DNA from: Octopus vulgaris
Taxonomy: Eukaryota
NCBI GenBank assembly: GCA_951406725.2
Contig: OX597822.1
Location: forward strand, 12,710,001-12,774,000
Direction of reading: 5' to 3'
Length of the DNA: 64,000 bases
Shown: in pieces, positions 1-12,442 of the stretch
How positions within the stretch are numbered: the first letter of the stretch is position 1
Layout of the letters: each line of letters starts with the position of its first letter
Notes under the pieces: generated by a model
What the model was told of the DNA's origin: nothing
Databases searched by the model: none
Seen by the model: only the letters and a program-made list of their open reading frames with translations
Position numbers and translations under genes: made by a program

Positions 1-646
1 GGATGTGTGTGTGTGTAGATGTGCAAACTTTGCCTCATATTTTTAGAGGTTTATCAAGACGCCACAGAGTAGTGGTGGTCAACTGTGGTGTGTTTTGGAG
101 CATTTGAATCAGGTTGAGGCGTTCTCTCTGGAAGAGTGGACGCGGCCAATTTCTTCTGGAAAGAAAAAAAGAAGAGAATGAAGAGAAGCACAGAAAAAGA
201 GAGTGAGGAGTGGATAGAGAAGGGAGATAGGATAAGAGAGAGGGAGATGGAGAAAGGAAGAGAGGGAGGGCAAAGAATTGACTCCAGTTCACAACTGGTA
301 CCTTATAAGATGGAGCGTCAAGGCATTCATTTGATGATGCAACAACACTTTACAATCACACACACGCGCTCGCTCATATATATTTGTGTGCCTGTGTGTG
401 TATGGGCATAAATTTCGAGATATATAATGCTTGATGACGTAAGAGAACAGGTATATGGGACTTAAACTCGCGCAGTGTTCTTTCCTCTATACAAGTTGTA
501 TAAATAAATAAAAGTCATAATTTGATAACCTACAAGTTTTTCGCGTGTTTATGTTTTCATCCCACACATAAGCATGTGCACACTTATGTTTACATATACA
601 TATGCATATATATGCACAAGTGTCTCTATTTATATATGTATATATA

Positions 647-781
<135 letters not shown>

Positions 782-790
782 ATATACGTA

Positions 791-1945
791 AGAGGGGGTA
801 CCCAAAATTAACCAGAAACACTCTCTGTAGGACAAGCCCGTGATACTTCAGGCTTCGCCCGCTAGAAGCCACTTGATGCAATCGTCAGGCATCAGTCTGC
901 CGACTGACGTCATCCAGTGAGGCCGTACTGCCACGTGGTACGTCTTTGTTTTGCAGTGTTTTTCCCTTGTTCGTCGTTTTCTTTTATGATACTTGAAACG
1001 AAGGAACAACGTGCTTCCGTGAAATTCCGTTTTCTGCCGTTAAAACGGTGGCCGAATCAGTTTTAATGCCTCAAACAGCTTACAAGGACGCTGCCATGAG
1101 TAAAACATACACTTACGATTGGTTTTCATGCTTTAGGAATTATCACAAGTGGCTTGAAGATCAACCTCGTTCAGGGTGGCCTCTCAAACCATCTCTCGAA
1201 CGAATGAAGCATTACGAAAACTCATGAAGTGATCTTGGAGGAACGTCGCCGAAATAATGACGAACTTGTTGATATGACTGCTTGCCAAATAATTTTGAAC
1301 GTGGAATTGCGAATGAAAAGAGTTTCAGCAAAATTTGTGCCTCGTTTGCTCACAGAAGATCAAAAGCAGTCACGGATGAATGCATGTCGAGAACGGAAAG
1401 ATCATTTGGAAGTTAATCCGGATCAGTTTTCAAAGGTCATCTCTTGATACGAAAGCTGGTACTACGGCTACGACCCGGAAATGAAGCAGCAATCAAGTCA
1501 ATGGAAGCATTCAATGTCACCACTCCCTCAAAAAGCGAATCTAGTAAAGCCCGGGGTCAAGACGATGCCGATTTTTTTCCTCGATGCTAAAGGAATTGTC
1601 CACACAGAATTTGTTCCTCCTGGTCAAACTGTTAACCAGACACTTTACTTGGTTGTTGTGAAGCATTTGCAGGACGCAGTGACGTGAAAATGCCCTACCC
1701 TGATCCTGCTCCCAGCGCTTTTTTTTTTTTTTGGTTCCCACGAGTAATAAAATGTCCTTAAAGAAAAATGTTTTGCAGACGTGCATGAGGTGAAAGATAA
1801 AAGCGATGGAGGTGTTAAATGACATCACTCCGCAAGAGTTCCAGGACTGCTTCGAACAGCGGAAAACACGCCTGGACCGATGCATTGCTTTAATTGGAGA
1901 ATATTTTGAAGGCGATAAACTTCGGTTTCTTTTAGCACCCCCTCG
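791..1945 (+). mobile_element. Decayed mariner (Tc1/mariner) DNA transposon
   Basis: Imperfect TIRs after TA: agagggggtacccaaaattaaccagaa (791-817) vs ttcggtttcttttagcaccccctcg (1921-1945). Broken transposase fragments contain MKRVSAKFVPRLLTEDQKQSR, YDPEMKQQSSQW, GIVHTEFVPPGQTVN and RLDRCIALIGEYFEG, with several stops, frameshifts and an internal deletion. Confidence 0.9.
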
Positions 1946-2139
1946 CATATTGGCCTGCTCACATAGCCAGCGGTGTAGCATTATTCGAAACCTAAAACCA
2001 TGCAAAGCGCATTGTGTGCAGCAATGTACAAGAACATCCAATAATGTAGTTGATCATGTGATCCCGTAATACATATACACACATACACACACACACACAC
2101 ATGCACACACACATATATATACAGTTGACCATAAAGACA

Positions 2140-2175
<36 letters not shown>

Positions 2176-2628
2176 TGATATGTACCAGCACAATTATATA
2201 TATATATATATATATATATAAAACTGAAATGCGTTTTTACCGCTTGGTTCGCTTTCAATGCCACTACATCCCGTCCGATTCGCTCCAAAATTTACAGGGA
2301 CATGTAGAATGAGGTGACGATGCGCGTGGGCTACCTTAGAAATCCCTATCTTAAAAGGTGTGGTTGCTAGGGGCCATCTTCCTACCTCACCCTATTTCCT
2401 CCAGTACTCTGTCACTCCTCTTCATTTGACAATGCAACTACCGTTATTTAATGTAAAGTCTTCCTCAAATCACTCTGTCGCTATTTACTCTCTTCCAAGA
2501 ACATTTTCACTCACTCTTAACTCTTACCTTCCTATACATTTTACTCATGTATCTATCAGCGTTCATGGACAGTAACAAATATTACATCGTCATCCCCATC
2601 GCCATCGCATTCTATTGTCTACCTGTCA

Positions 2629-2663
<35 letters not shown>

Positions 2664-2766
2664 CATATATCTAATATTATATTTTTATTTTTATGTTTCC
2701 GTTTATTTTACTGTTTCATTTCCCTTTTAGTGGTTTGATCTCTAATTTATTTTCTACACCGTGCAC

Positions 2767-2800
<34 letters not shown>

Positions 2801-3074
2801 CTATATGTGGGCCCCAGTACACACGAATGAAATCGGGTTCTCTTCATCAAAATGTGAAAAGAGGTCTACAATTATCATCGCCACAACTTATGTATGTCTT
2901 CCTCACTCACTCTTTTTCCTAATGATAATTATCATCGCCACCACCACCACCACCAACACACAATCATGACAATCTTTCTCTTAAAACAAATCATGTTTAC
3001 ATTCCGACAAAACTCCTGCCGGTGAGCACCCTGGTCGTTTCAACGCTCCAACTACGAATGAAGTTGCAGCACTC

Positions 3075-5153
3075 ATGGTCGATGAGGTCCATGGAAATCG
3101 TGACATAATCCTCCGTCACCGCGACGAAGACGTGACTTTTGTCTCAGAATTACACCGATGTTACGATTGCTTGCAGTACCCTCTCCTTTTTCCTCATGGA
3201 GAGGATGGATACCACTTAGAAATTCAAAAGGTTGATCCCACAATTCTCACACTTCTTGACAAGGTTTCCTGCAAGCCATTTTACGCCTATCGACTCATGG
3301 TGCGAGAAAACGATTTCAATTTAGTACTAAGGTGCCATTCTTTGACCAATCAGTTTTTGGTCCACATGTATTGTAAAGTTGAGTCCGAACGTTTAAAATA
3401 CATTCGTTCTCACCAGGACCAATTAAGAGCAACAGAATACGTTAATCTAGAGGATGCAATTCGTCAAGACGGTGATGCAGACAACGTAGGAAAACGAATT
3501 ATTCTTCCTTCAACATTTATTGGCTCACCTCGGTATATGAATAAACGAATGCAGGACGCAATTACATACCTCGGTAAGTTTGGAAAGCCGGACCTCTTCA
3601 TTACATTTACCTGCAATCCTACCTGGCCAGAGATTAAAGACAATGTGTTCGCTGGGCAGCCGCCAGAGCACAGACATGACATTGTGGCGCGCGTTTTTCA
3701 TGCCAAGTTGAAGAAAATGCTATTTTTAATGAAAGTTTTGCATATTTTTGGCCCACTCTCTGCTTGGATGTATACTGTGGAATGGCAGAAGAGAGGTCTT
3801 CCACACGTTCATATGCTAGCCTGGTGTCACGATAGAATCCACCCTGTGGATATTGACAGAATTATATCTGCTGAGTTGCCCGATCAAAATGCTGATCCTC
3901 AGCTGCACAGCAGTGTGACAAAGCATATGATTCACGGTCCATGTGGTGACTTTAATCCGAGAAGTCCATGCATGAAGAATAAAAGATGTTCGAAGCGGTA
4001 CCCTAGAGACTTTTGCGGTCAAACCTGCACTATGAATGACGGATATCCCATCTACCGAAGGCGTGACCCAGGTTTGGGTGGCCGCACAGCTACAATTAGA
4101 CAACGGCTAAAAACATTCGATGTTGATAATGCCTGGATCGTTCCATTCAACCCTTTGCTTTCCAAAACATTTAATGCACACATTAATGTTGAGTACTGCA
4201 GTTCGGTGAGATGCATACAATACCTCTGCAAGTACATTAATAAGGGCGATGATATGGCCGTGTTTGTGTTCAGTGATGAAGACCTTAGACATGACGAAAT
4301 TAAACAATTCGTTTTGGGTAGGTATGTATCTTCCAATTATGCAGCGTGGCGCATTTTTGGATACGAGATTCATCTAAGCTCACCAACAGTTTTCCACCTG
4401 AATGTTCATTTACAGAAGAGACAGCTGCTTTACTTCACAGAGAAAAATGCACGTCAAGTCATTGAAAATCCAAAAGGGACTACGCTTACAGCATTTTTTA
4501 AATTGTGTTCAGTTGATGAGTTTGCTGCTACTCTCATTTACCCTGAAGTACCGAAATATTACACATACAACAACAATAATTGGAAGCGCAGGTCACATGG
4601 AACAGAACTTGACAATTGGCCTGGTGTTTCTAGGAAGAACGTCATTGGACGTGTGTATAATATTCATCCTACCAAACAGGAAATCTTCTTTTTGAGAATG
4701 CTACTTCATGTAGTTACTGGACCGAAGTCTTTTGCTGATCTTCGCACGGTTGATGGTATCATCTGCGCCACTTACAGGGAAGCATGTTTGAGGCGCGGAA
4801 TTCTTCTCAATGACGACCACTTACACAGGACATTAGCAGAGGCCTCAAATTGTAAACTGCCATGGCAAATGCGTCGATTGTTTTGTAGCATATTAATCCA
4901 CTGTAATCCCAGCAACCCTCTTAACCTTTGGGAATCGTTCAGACAGAGCCTATCAAAGGACATACAGGCTAATTTAGCGCTACCTGATGGCAACGACGAT
5001 GTTTATAATGAGGCATTAATCGACATGGACAGACACATCAGACGCTATGTTATACGCGGTTTAAGTGAATTCCATCTGCCAACACCTGTCCATCATGAAG
5101 CACCTTTGGATGTTGAATACATGTCAGAAAAAACTACAACATTGCCGAATTGA
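3075..5153 (+). CDS. Helitron RepHel, HUH (Y2) Rep endonuclease part
   Basis: Motifs FITFTCNPTW, VEWQKRGLPHVH (HUH) and YLCKYINKG (YxxKY), plus HMIHGPCG and GPKSFADLRTVDG. The frame is open upstream to 2985 (DKTPAGEHPGRFNAPTTNEVA). It continues into the helicase via a -1 shift near 5130. Confidence 0.95.
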   Translation: MVDEVHGNRDIILRHRDEDVTFVSELHRCYDCLQYPLLFPHGEDGYHLEIQKVDPTILTLLDKVSCKPFYAYRLMVRENDFNLVLRCHSLTNQFLVHMYCKVESERLKYIRSHQDQLRATEYVNLEDAIRQDGDADNVGKRIILPSTFIGSPRYMNKRMQDAITYLGKFGKPDLFITFTCNPTWPEIKDNVFAGQPPEHRHDIVARVFHAKLKKMLFLMKVLHIFGPLSAWMYTVEWQKRGLPHVHMLAWCHDRIHPVDIDRIISAELPDQNADPQLHSSVTKHMIHGPCGDFNPRSPCMKNKRCSKRYPRDFCGQTCTMNDGYPIYRRRDPGLGGRTATIRQRLKTFDVDNAWIVPFNPLLSKTFNAHINVEYCSSVRCIQYLCKYINKGDDMAVFVFSDEDLRHDEIKQFVLGRYVSSNYAAWRIFGYEIHLSSPTVFHLNVHLQKRQLLYFTEKNARQVIENPKGTTLTAFFKLCSVDEFAATLIYPEVPKYYTYNNNNWKRRSHGTELDNWPGVSRKNVIGRVYNIHPTKQEIFFLRMLLHVVTGPKSFADLRTVDGIICATYREACLRRGILLNDDHLHRTLAEASNCKLPWQMRRLFCSILIHCNPSNPLNLWESFRQSLSKDIQANLALPDGNDDVYNEALIDMDRHIRRYVIRGLSEFHLPTPVHHEAPLDVEYMSEKTTTLPN

Positions 5154-6549
5154 CGGAAACAATTACGCGAGATGAACCAAGACTTTTGCCTGAACAAAGA
5201 GAGATTTATAATGAAATTATTGACAGCGTTACATTGAACCAAGGAAAGCTTTTCTTTTTGAATGCTCCAGGTGGTACTGGTAAAACTTTCGTTATCAATT
5301 TGATTCTCGCAAAGCTGCGCGCTGAACGCCGAATTGCCATTGCATGTGCCTCAAGTGTATTGCAGCGACACTGCTTCAAGGCGGCCGTACGGCACATAGT
5401 GCATTCAAATTGCCCATGGACATTGGAAAGAAAGATAATCCTATATGTAATATACATCGTAGTTCCTCAAGAGCAAGACTTCTTCGTGAATGCAGTCTTT
5501 TTATTTGGGATGAGGCTACAATGAGTAATAAGGCCATGTTTGAAGCTCTTGACAGAACTCTCCAAGATTTGCGTCACAATACAAAAATAATGGGTGGGGC
5601 TACGTTTCTCATGGCAGGAGATTTTCGACAAACTCTTCCTGTTGTCCGAGCAGGCACTAGAGCCGATGAGGTTAATGCATGTATAAAGCATTCTTATGTG
5701 TGGCACAGTGTTATCAGTCGCCATCTTCAAACAAACATGAGAGCCCACCTACATGGTGATGTGGAGTCTGAGGCTTTCGCAAAACACCTATTAGATCTTG
5801 GTGATGGAGTTTTGCCTTTCGTTGATGATGAGCATATTCGGTTGCCTTTTGGGAATTTCGTTCCAAATGTAGAGGAACTTATAAAAGCCGTTTTACCTGA
5901 CGTCGAAACAAACTTCCAGGATCTCGATTGGCAAAGAGCAAGAGATATTCTATCGCCTCATAATACAACAGCTGATGCTACAAATAAACAAGTACTTGAT
6001 ATCATTCCTGGTGAGATAGTTTCTTTCATGTCCATCGATACAAATAAAGATGACAATGATGCAGTCAAATATCCACCCGAGCTACTCAACAAGCTAACAC
6101 ATCCGGGACTTCCACCTCATCATTTGTGTTTGAAAGTTGGTGCTCCAATCATGGTGCTCAGAAATATGGAAACGCCTGAAATATGCAATGGAACCCGAAT
6201 GGTTATAAGGAGGATTCAAAGCCATGTAATAACTGCTGAAATTTTGAGTGGACCATTTGTAGGAACAATCAAGATGATACATAAAATGAGTATTTCACCC
6301 TCTGATGTTCCCATTCAGTTTAAACGCTTTCAACTTCCGATAAAACTATGCTTCGCGATGACAATCAACAAGTCACAGGGACAATCACTGGACATTGTAG
6401 GCATTAACCTGTCACAACCGGTTTTCAGTCATGGTCAATTGTACGTAGCCTGTTCTCGAGTTGGAAATCCACATAAACTCTTCATTCTTGGCAATCATGA
6501 GCGCACAAGGAACGTGGTTTATCAGGAGGCTCTGACAAAAGAAAACTGA
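5150..6549 (+). CDS. Helitron RepHel, PIF1-family (SF1B) helicase part, frameshifted at ~5357
   Basis: Walker A APGGTGKT in ORF 5150-5524. IWDEATM, GDFRQTLPV, CNGTRM, AMTINKSQGQSL and HGQLYVACSRV in ORF 5344-6549. Confidence 0.95.
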
Positions 6550-7416
6550 TTGTAAGTCATGAAATTTTGCTTGATTTTTTATTTTGCACCTCTTCATTCT
6601 TGAAAATAAAGACATTAAAAAGAACATGCTTCATAAAGAACATTGGGTTCACATGTTTGCAAACATTTGATCCAACTCATTCTCTTTATTCCTCATTTTC
6701 CAATTCCTTCTACGTCTCCATTAAACGGTTTTGTCAAGTTATTGTTTCTTCGCTAACATAAGACATTCATAAAGTGAATGAGTTGTTAATTACATTTTAT
6801 ACACTATTCCATTGTTTAGGTGATGTCGAAAGGACTGGCATGTGTCACCATATAAACTCTCTCAGTCAAACTCCCAACTCATGAGTTCACGTCGTGATAC
6901 TCTTTCTACAAAACTGAGCTGGGTGTGAATTCTAATTTCATTCACTATTACAGATTTTTTTATTTTTTAAACAAACACATTGCCTCTTTCGTTTTAAAAC
7001 AATAGAACAATACTACCTTAATACATTGGTCCAAGAAACAAAACGTCCAACACTCACATTCTTTTATGTATCTGTCTTCCTCCATCACTCACTCACTTTT
7101 CTCCCTTCCTTACACATTCTATCTATAACGTCGTTTCACAGCGTCTACCCCCCTTACATTCACTTTCTCTATATAACGTCGTTTCACAGCGTCCGTTATC
7201 CCTCCTCCCTGCCTTCCACAGCGCTTTCACACACTCTCACTCTCTACATCTGTCTGCATTCATAGAGAGAATTATCATCGCCACAACCACCACTCAATCA
7301 TGACAACAACTATTATGAATCAGATATTTATTGGGTTAATTTATATGTGTGTGTGTGTAGCTATATATAAATATGTATATATAATAATTTTTATATATAC
7401 AAAGTGCATATATCTG

Positions 7417-7472
<56 letters not shown>

Positions 7473-7647
7473 GTATACATTTATATATATATACCACGCT
7501 CTTACCCGCGCGTAGAGCGGGTCCCTTCAGCTAGTATATATATATAATTGTGCTGGTACATATCAAACATTGTGTCTTCTTACGACGTTTTACGTTGAAA
7601 ACAGTAATTTGTTAAAGTAGACTCGACAAAACTAGTGCGAAGCCTCA

Positions 7648-7682
<35 letters not shown>

Positions 7683-8459
7683 TGTCTCTATGGTCAACTG
7701 TAAAAGAAAAAGAATTAAAAAAAAACAACTGAGTTTGCAAAATGTCTTACCTTCCACAATAGCTTGGACCCTATTAGGTCTAGAGAATGCTGTTGACTAC
7801 ACGGAGATTGCGCTTCAAGATTGTAAAGTTTTCCCTGTTTTTCAAAGGTCTAGAATGGCCTTGTACAACGTTATACTGCTGTTACCTGAAAATATCGTTA
7901 AAGTTAAAACGCTCTGCAATAATATAACTCAGCCACTCATAGCATTATTCAATAAATAGCAAGTTCCGCTGCTTCTCTATATTGCTTTCAAATAATGAAC
8001 ATTGTATTGTATGTGAGTGTGTATTTGATAATATGACTGCAATGCACTTAGCTATTCTTTCGACAATTTCGTCGAGCTTGCAGATTGTTTAAAAACCTAT
8101 AAACATATTCCATTATTGTCACCATTCTTGCACTGTACTTCATAGATATTCAACATTTCACAATGATAGAAGTGCTTCTTAAAGTAATTCTTATAAGATT
8201 TTCTACTTTTAAAAATACCGGGAAAGATCGGTGTGGGAGCGCTGGTGGGGAGGTAGCTATCACTGCATGCGGTTTGAAATATTTTGCAACTAACTGTTGA
8301 AGACCTATAGAATATATTATCGAAAACGAATATATAAAATATGGCGGAGTTTAAGTATTTTATAGCACTTATTTCATAACAAATGAAGTTCTCGATTCTG
8401 ACACTTATTGACGGAAACACTACGAATAAAAGTTTTAACACAAAAATGTGTGGCGCACA

Positions 8460-8986
<527 letters not shown>

Positions 8987-9127
8987 GAGAGAGAGAGAGG
9001 GGGGGAAGTGAATTTATTTAAATTTTTGGAACAGAGGATCTCGAAGCATATGAAGCCACACATTACTACATGTAGATGTGGATTTGGAATCTTTATTTTT
9101 TACTTTCATTCCAGTATTGAGACCATT

Positions 9128-9451
9128 GTAGAGACGCAATAGCCCAGTGGTTAGGACAGCGGACTCGCGGTCGGAGGATCGCGGTTTCGATTCCCAGACC
9201 GGGCGTTGTTTGCGTTTATTGAAGGAAAACGCCTAAAGCTCCACGAGGCTCCGGTAGGGGGTTAGGGGGTGGGTGGCGACCCCTGTTGTACTCTTTCGCC
9301 CCAACTTTCTCTCACTCTCTTTTCCCGTTTCTTGAGTAACGCTGCGATGGACTGGTGTCCCGTCCAGCTGGGGGGAACACATACGCCATAGAAACCGGGA
9401 AACCGGGCCCATGAGCCTGCCTAGGCTTGGAAAGGGCGCATAAATAAATAA
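9128..9451 (+). mobile_element. tRNA-derived SINE family B with 12-bp TSD
   Basis: TSD attgagaccatt at 9116-9127 and 9452-9463. Box A agtggttagg, box B ggtttcgattccc, (taaa)n tail. The body segment gctgcgatggactgg..cccgtccag resembles a V-domain SINE core (from recall). The same head occurs at 44948-45115(+) and 28020-28200(-). Confidence 0.88.
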
Positions 9452-9920
9452 ATTGAGACCATTACGCTAATATCGTTGCTATATTTTACAACCCATGGTT
9501 ATTGTAATTGTTATTTTTGCCCTTATTTTGGAATATTATCTTATTGTTATTTTATTGATATCATTGGTATTGCTGTTATGGTTATTGTTGCTGATGTTGA
9601 TGCTGTCACCTTCATAATTGTTTTGGTTTAAGACATCACTCTGCAAGTTTACTCTAATCCTCTTTATCTTAGATTATTACATTAACGCTAACTTCAGAAC
9701 TTCAACTTTCGTTAGAATTTATGTGGGCGTGTGTGTGTGTGGTGGCATGTGTATGTGTGTGCGTGCGTGCGTGTGGTGATAAATGTGTGTGTAGGTGTCT
9801 GTATGGTGTGTATGGTATTAACCGTTTACATGTGTATGTTTATGTGAGTGATCTGCGTGTGTCTGTTAATGTCGTAGTGAGAGATCAGCAGCTATGGTGA
9901 CAGGTGTATGCGTGAGTGGT

Positions 9921-10515
9921 CGGGCGAGCTGGCAGAAACGTTAGCACGCCGGGCGAAATGCTTAGCGGTATTTCGTCTGCGTTACGTTGTGAGTTCGAAT
10001 TCCGCCGAGGTCGACTTTGCCTTTCATCCTTTCGGGGTCGATAAATTAAGTACCAGTTACGCACTGGGGTCGATGTAATCGACTTAATACCTATGTCTGT
10101 CCTTGTTTGTCCCCTCTGTGTTTAGCCCCTTGTGGGTAATAAAGAAATAGGTATTTCGTCTGCGTTACGTTGTGAGTTCGAATTCCGCCGAGGTCGACTT
10201 TGCCTTTCATCCTTTCGGGGTCGATAAATTAAGTACCAGTTACGCACTGGGGTCGATGTAATCGACTTAATACCTATGTCTGTCCTTGTTTGTCCCCTCT
10301 GTGTTTAGCCCCTTGTGGGTAATAAAGAAATAGGTATTTCGTCTGCGTTACGTTGTGAGTTCGAATTCCGCCGAGGTCGACTTTGCCTTTCATCCTTTCG
10401 GGGTCGATAAATTAAGTACCAGTTACGCACTGGGATCGATGTAATCGACTTAATACCTATGTCTGTCCTTGTTTGTCCCCTCTGTGTTTAGCCCCTTGTG
10501 GGTAATAAAGAAATA
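9921..10515 (+). mobile_element. Nin/Deu-domain-like SINE family C: head plus three tandem 183-bp units
   Basis: Head 9921-9966; units start at 9967, 10150 and 10333 and are essentially identical. The core gcctttcatcctttcggggtcgataaattaagtacca matches the Nin domain as recalled. Other copies at ~21990-22197(-), 27364-27545(+), 33505-33712(-), 34427-34615(+), 45625-45735(-) and 61345-62010(-). Confidence 0.88.
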
Positions 10516-10704
10516 GGTCGTGTGTTTTTGCACGTGTGTGTAGATGAGATGGTCAGTAGTGAGTCAGGAAAATTTGAAGGGCGTTTCAAAGGCAGTCTCA
10601 AGGGTGTGTGAATGGATGGGTGTGGACGTGTATGTGAGCGTTTGATCACATACATATGTACGTAGACGGAATAAGAATGTATGTGTGTGTATATATTCTT
10701 TTAT

Positions 10705-11097
10705 TCTCTTATTCTTTTCTTTGTTTCAGTCCGAGGCTATGCCACTCCTTTTAGTCGAGCAAATCGACCCCAGGACTTATTCTTTGTAAGCCTAGTACTT
10801 AATCTATACGTCTTATTTTGCCGAACGGCTAGGTTACGGGGACGTAAACACACCATTATCGCATGCCAAACGATGTTGGGGGAGGGGGACAGCACAGACA
10901 CACACACACAGACATATATATATATACATATATACGACAGGCTGCTTTCAGTTTCCGCCTACCAAATCCACTCACAAGGCTTTGGTTGGCCCAAGACTAT
11001 AGCAGAAGACACTTGCCCAAGGTGCCACGCAGTGTGGCTGAACGCGGAACAATGTGGTTGGGAAGCAAGCTACTTACCACACAGCCACTCACGCGCC
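10705..11097 (-). mobile_element. SINE family A copy
   Basis: Reverse-complement homology to 8558-8955 along its full length. Confidence 0.85.
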
Positions 11098-11350
11098 TAT
11101 ATATAGTTATGGTTAGGTTGTTGCACTCATGGTCGCTAGATCGTCGGTATGATTCTCTGACTTGGCGTCGTGTTGTGTTCTTGAGCAAAATGCTTCATTT
11201 CCCGTTGGTCTAGTTCCCTTTCGATCACTAGGGAATGTTGGCCTGCTCGCTTACCCAGCAGGGGGTGTCATTTGAGGGCTAAAACAATGAACATGCGCGT
11301 TGTGACCAGCGATGTATAACAACATTCATTGCCTAATCGGTCATGTGATC

Positions 11351-11391
<41 letters not shown>

Positions 11392-11393
<2 letters not shown>

Positions 11394-11795
11394 TTATTGC
11401 CCACAGCGGGCTAAACATAGACGGGACAAAAACTGGGCAGACAAAGGAATTAAGTCGATTACATCCATCCCAGTGTATTATTGGTACTTATGGTACTTAT
11501 TTATTTGACCCCGAAAGGATGAAAGGCAAAGTCGACCTGGGTGAAATTTGGTTTCAGAACGTAACGGCAGACGAAATACCTATTTCTTTACTACCCAGAA
11601 GGGGCTAAACACAGAGAGGACAAACAAGGACAGACAAACGGATTAAGTCGATTATATCGACCCAGTGCGTAACTGGTACTTATTTAATCGATCCCGAAAG
11701 GAGGAAAGGCAAAGTCGACCTCGGCGGAATTTGAACTCAAAACGTAGCGGCAGTATTTCGCCCGGAGTTCTAACGTTTCTGCCAGCTCGCTGCCT
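11392..11795 (-). mobile_element. SINE family C dimer (head plus two diverged units)
   Basis: Reverse-complement homology to 9921-10515, with the unit junction at 11580/11581. Confidence 0.85.
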
Positions 11796-11814
11796 TTATA
11801 CATACACACACACA

Positions 11815-11846
<32 letters not shown>

Positions 11847-11926
11847 GATATATATATGTATATGTATATATACATATATATGCATGTGTATATATATATA
11901 TATATATATATGTGTGTGAGTTTGTG

Positions 11927-11966
<40 letters not shown>

Positions 11967-12410
11967 AGTTTGTATGTGTATATATATATATATATATACG
12001 CACACACATATTCTTTTATTATTTTACTTGTTTCAGTTGCATGACTGCGTTTATGCTGAAGCACCCCCGTTAGTCGAGGAAATCGACCCCAGGACTTATT
12101 GTCTGTAAGCCTAGCACTTATCGTATCGTCTCATTTACCGAACCGCTAAATTAGAGGAACGCAAGCACATGAACATCGATTGTCAACCGGTGGTGAAGCG
12201 ACAAACACAGACACACTGGCATATGCATACATATACAAATATATAATGGGCTTCTTTCAGTTTCCGTTTACCTAATCCACTCACAAGGATTTCCCGATAA
12301 AGGGAAGAAGAAGAAAGGATAAGTAAAAGAAAGGAAGAAAGAAGAAGAAGAAGACGAAGAAGAAGAAGAAGAAGAAGAAGAAAAAGAGGAAGAAGAATAA
12401 GAAAGAAGAA

Positions 12411-12442
<32 letters not shown>

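Larger units (their letters stand above)
2207..7534 (+). mobile_element. Helitron, autonomous-type, ~5.3 kb
   Basis: The 3' end is a hairpin (acccgc-gcgtaga-gcgggt, 7504-7522) followed by CTAG|T (7531-7534). The 5' end TATATATAAAACTGAAATG is buried in (TA)n, so the exact start is uncertain; it resembles the 5' end of the Helitron at 40508. Internal RepHel ORF. Confidence 0.93.

Noticed and set aside
9967-10515. Regular 183-bp repeats considered as a CRISPR-like array
   Set aside because: There are no unique spacers, the units are SINE bodies, and the context is eukaryotic.
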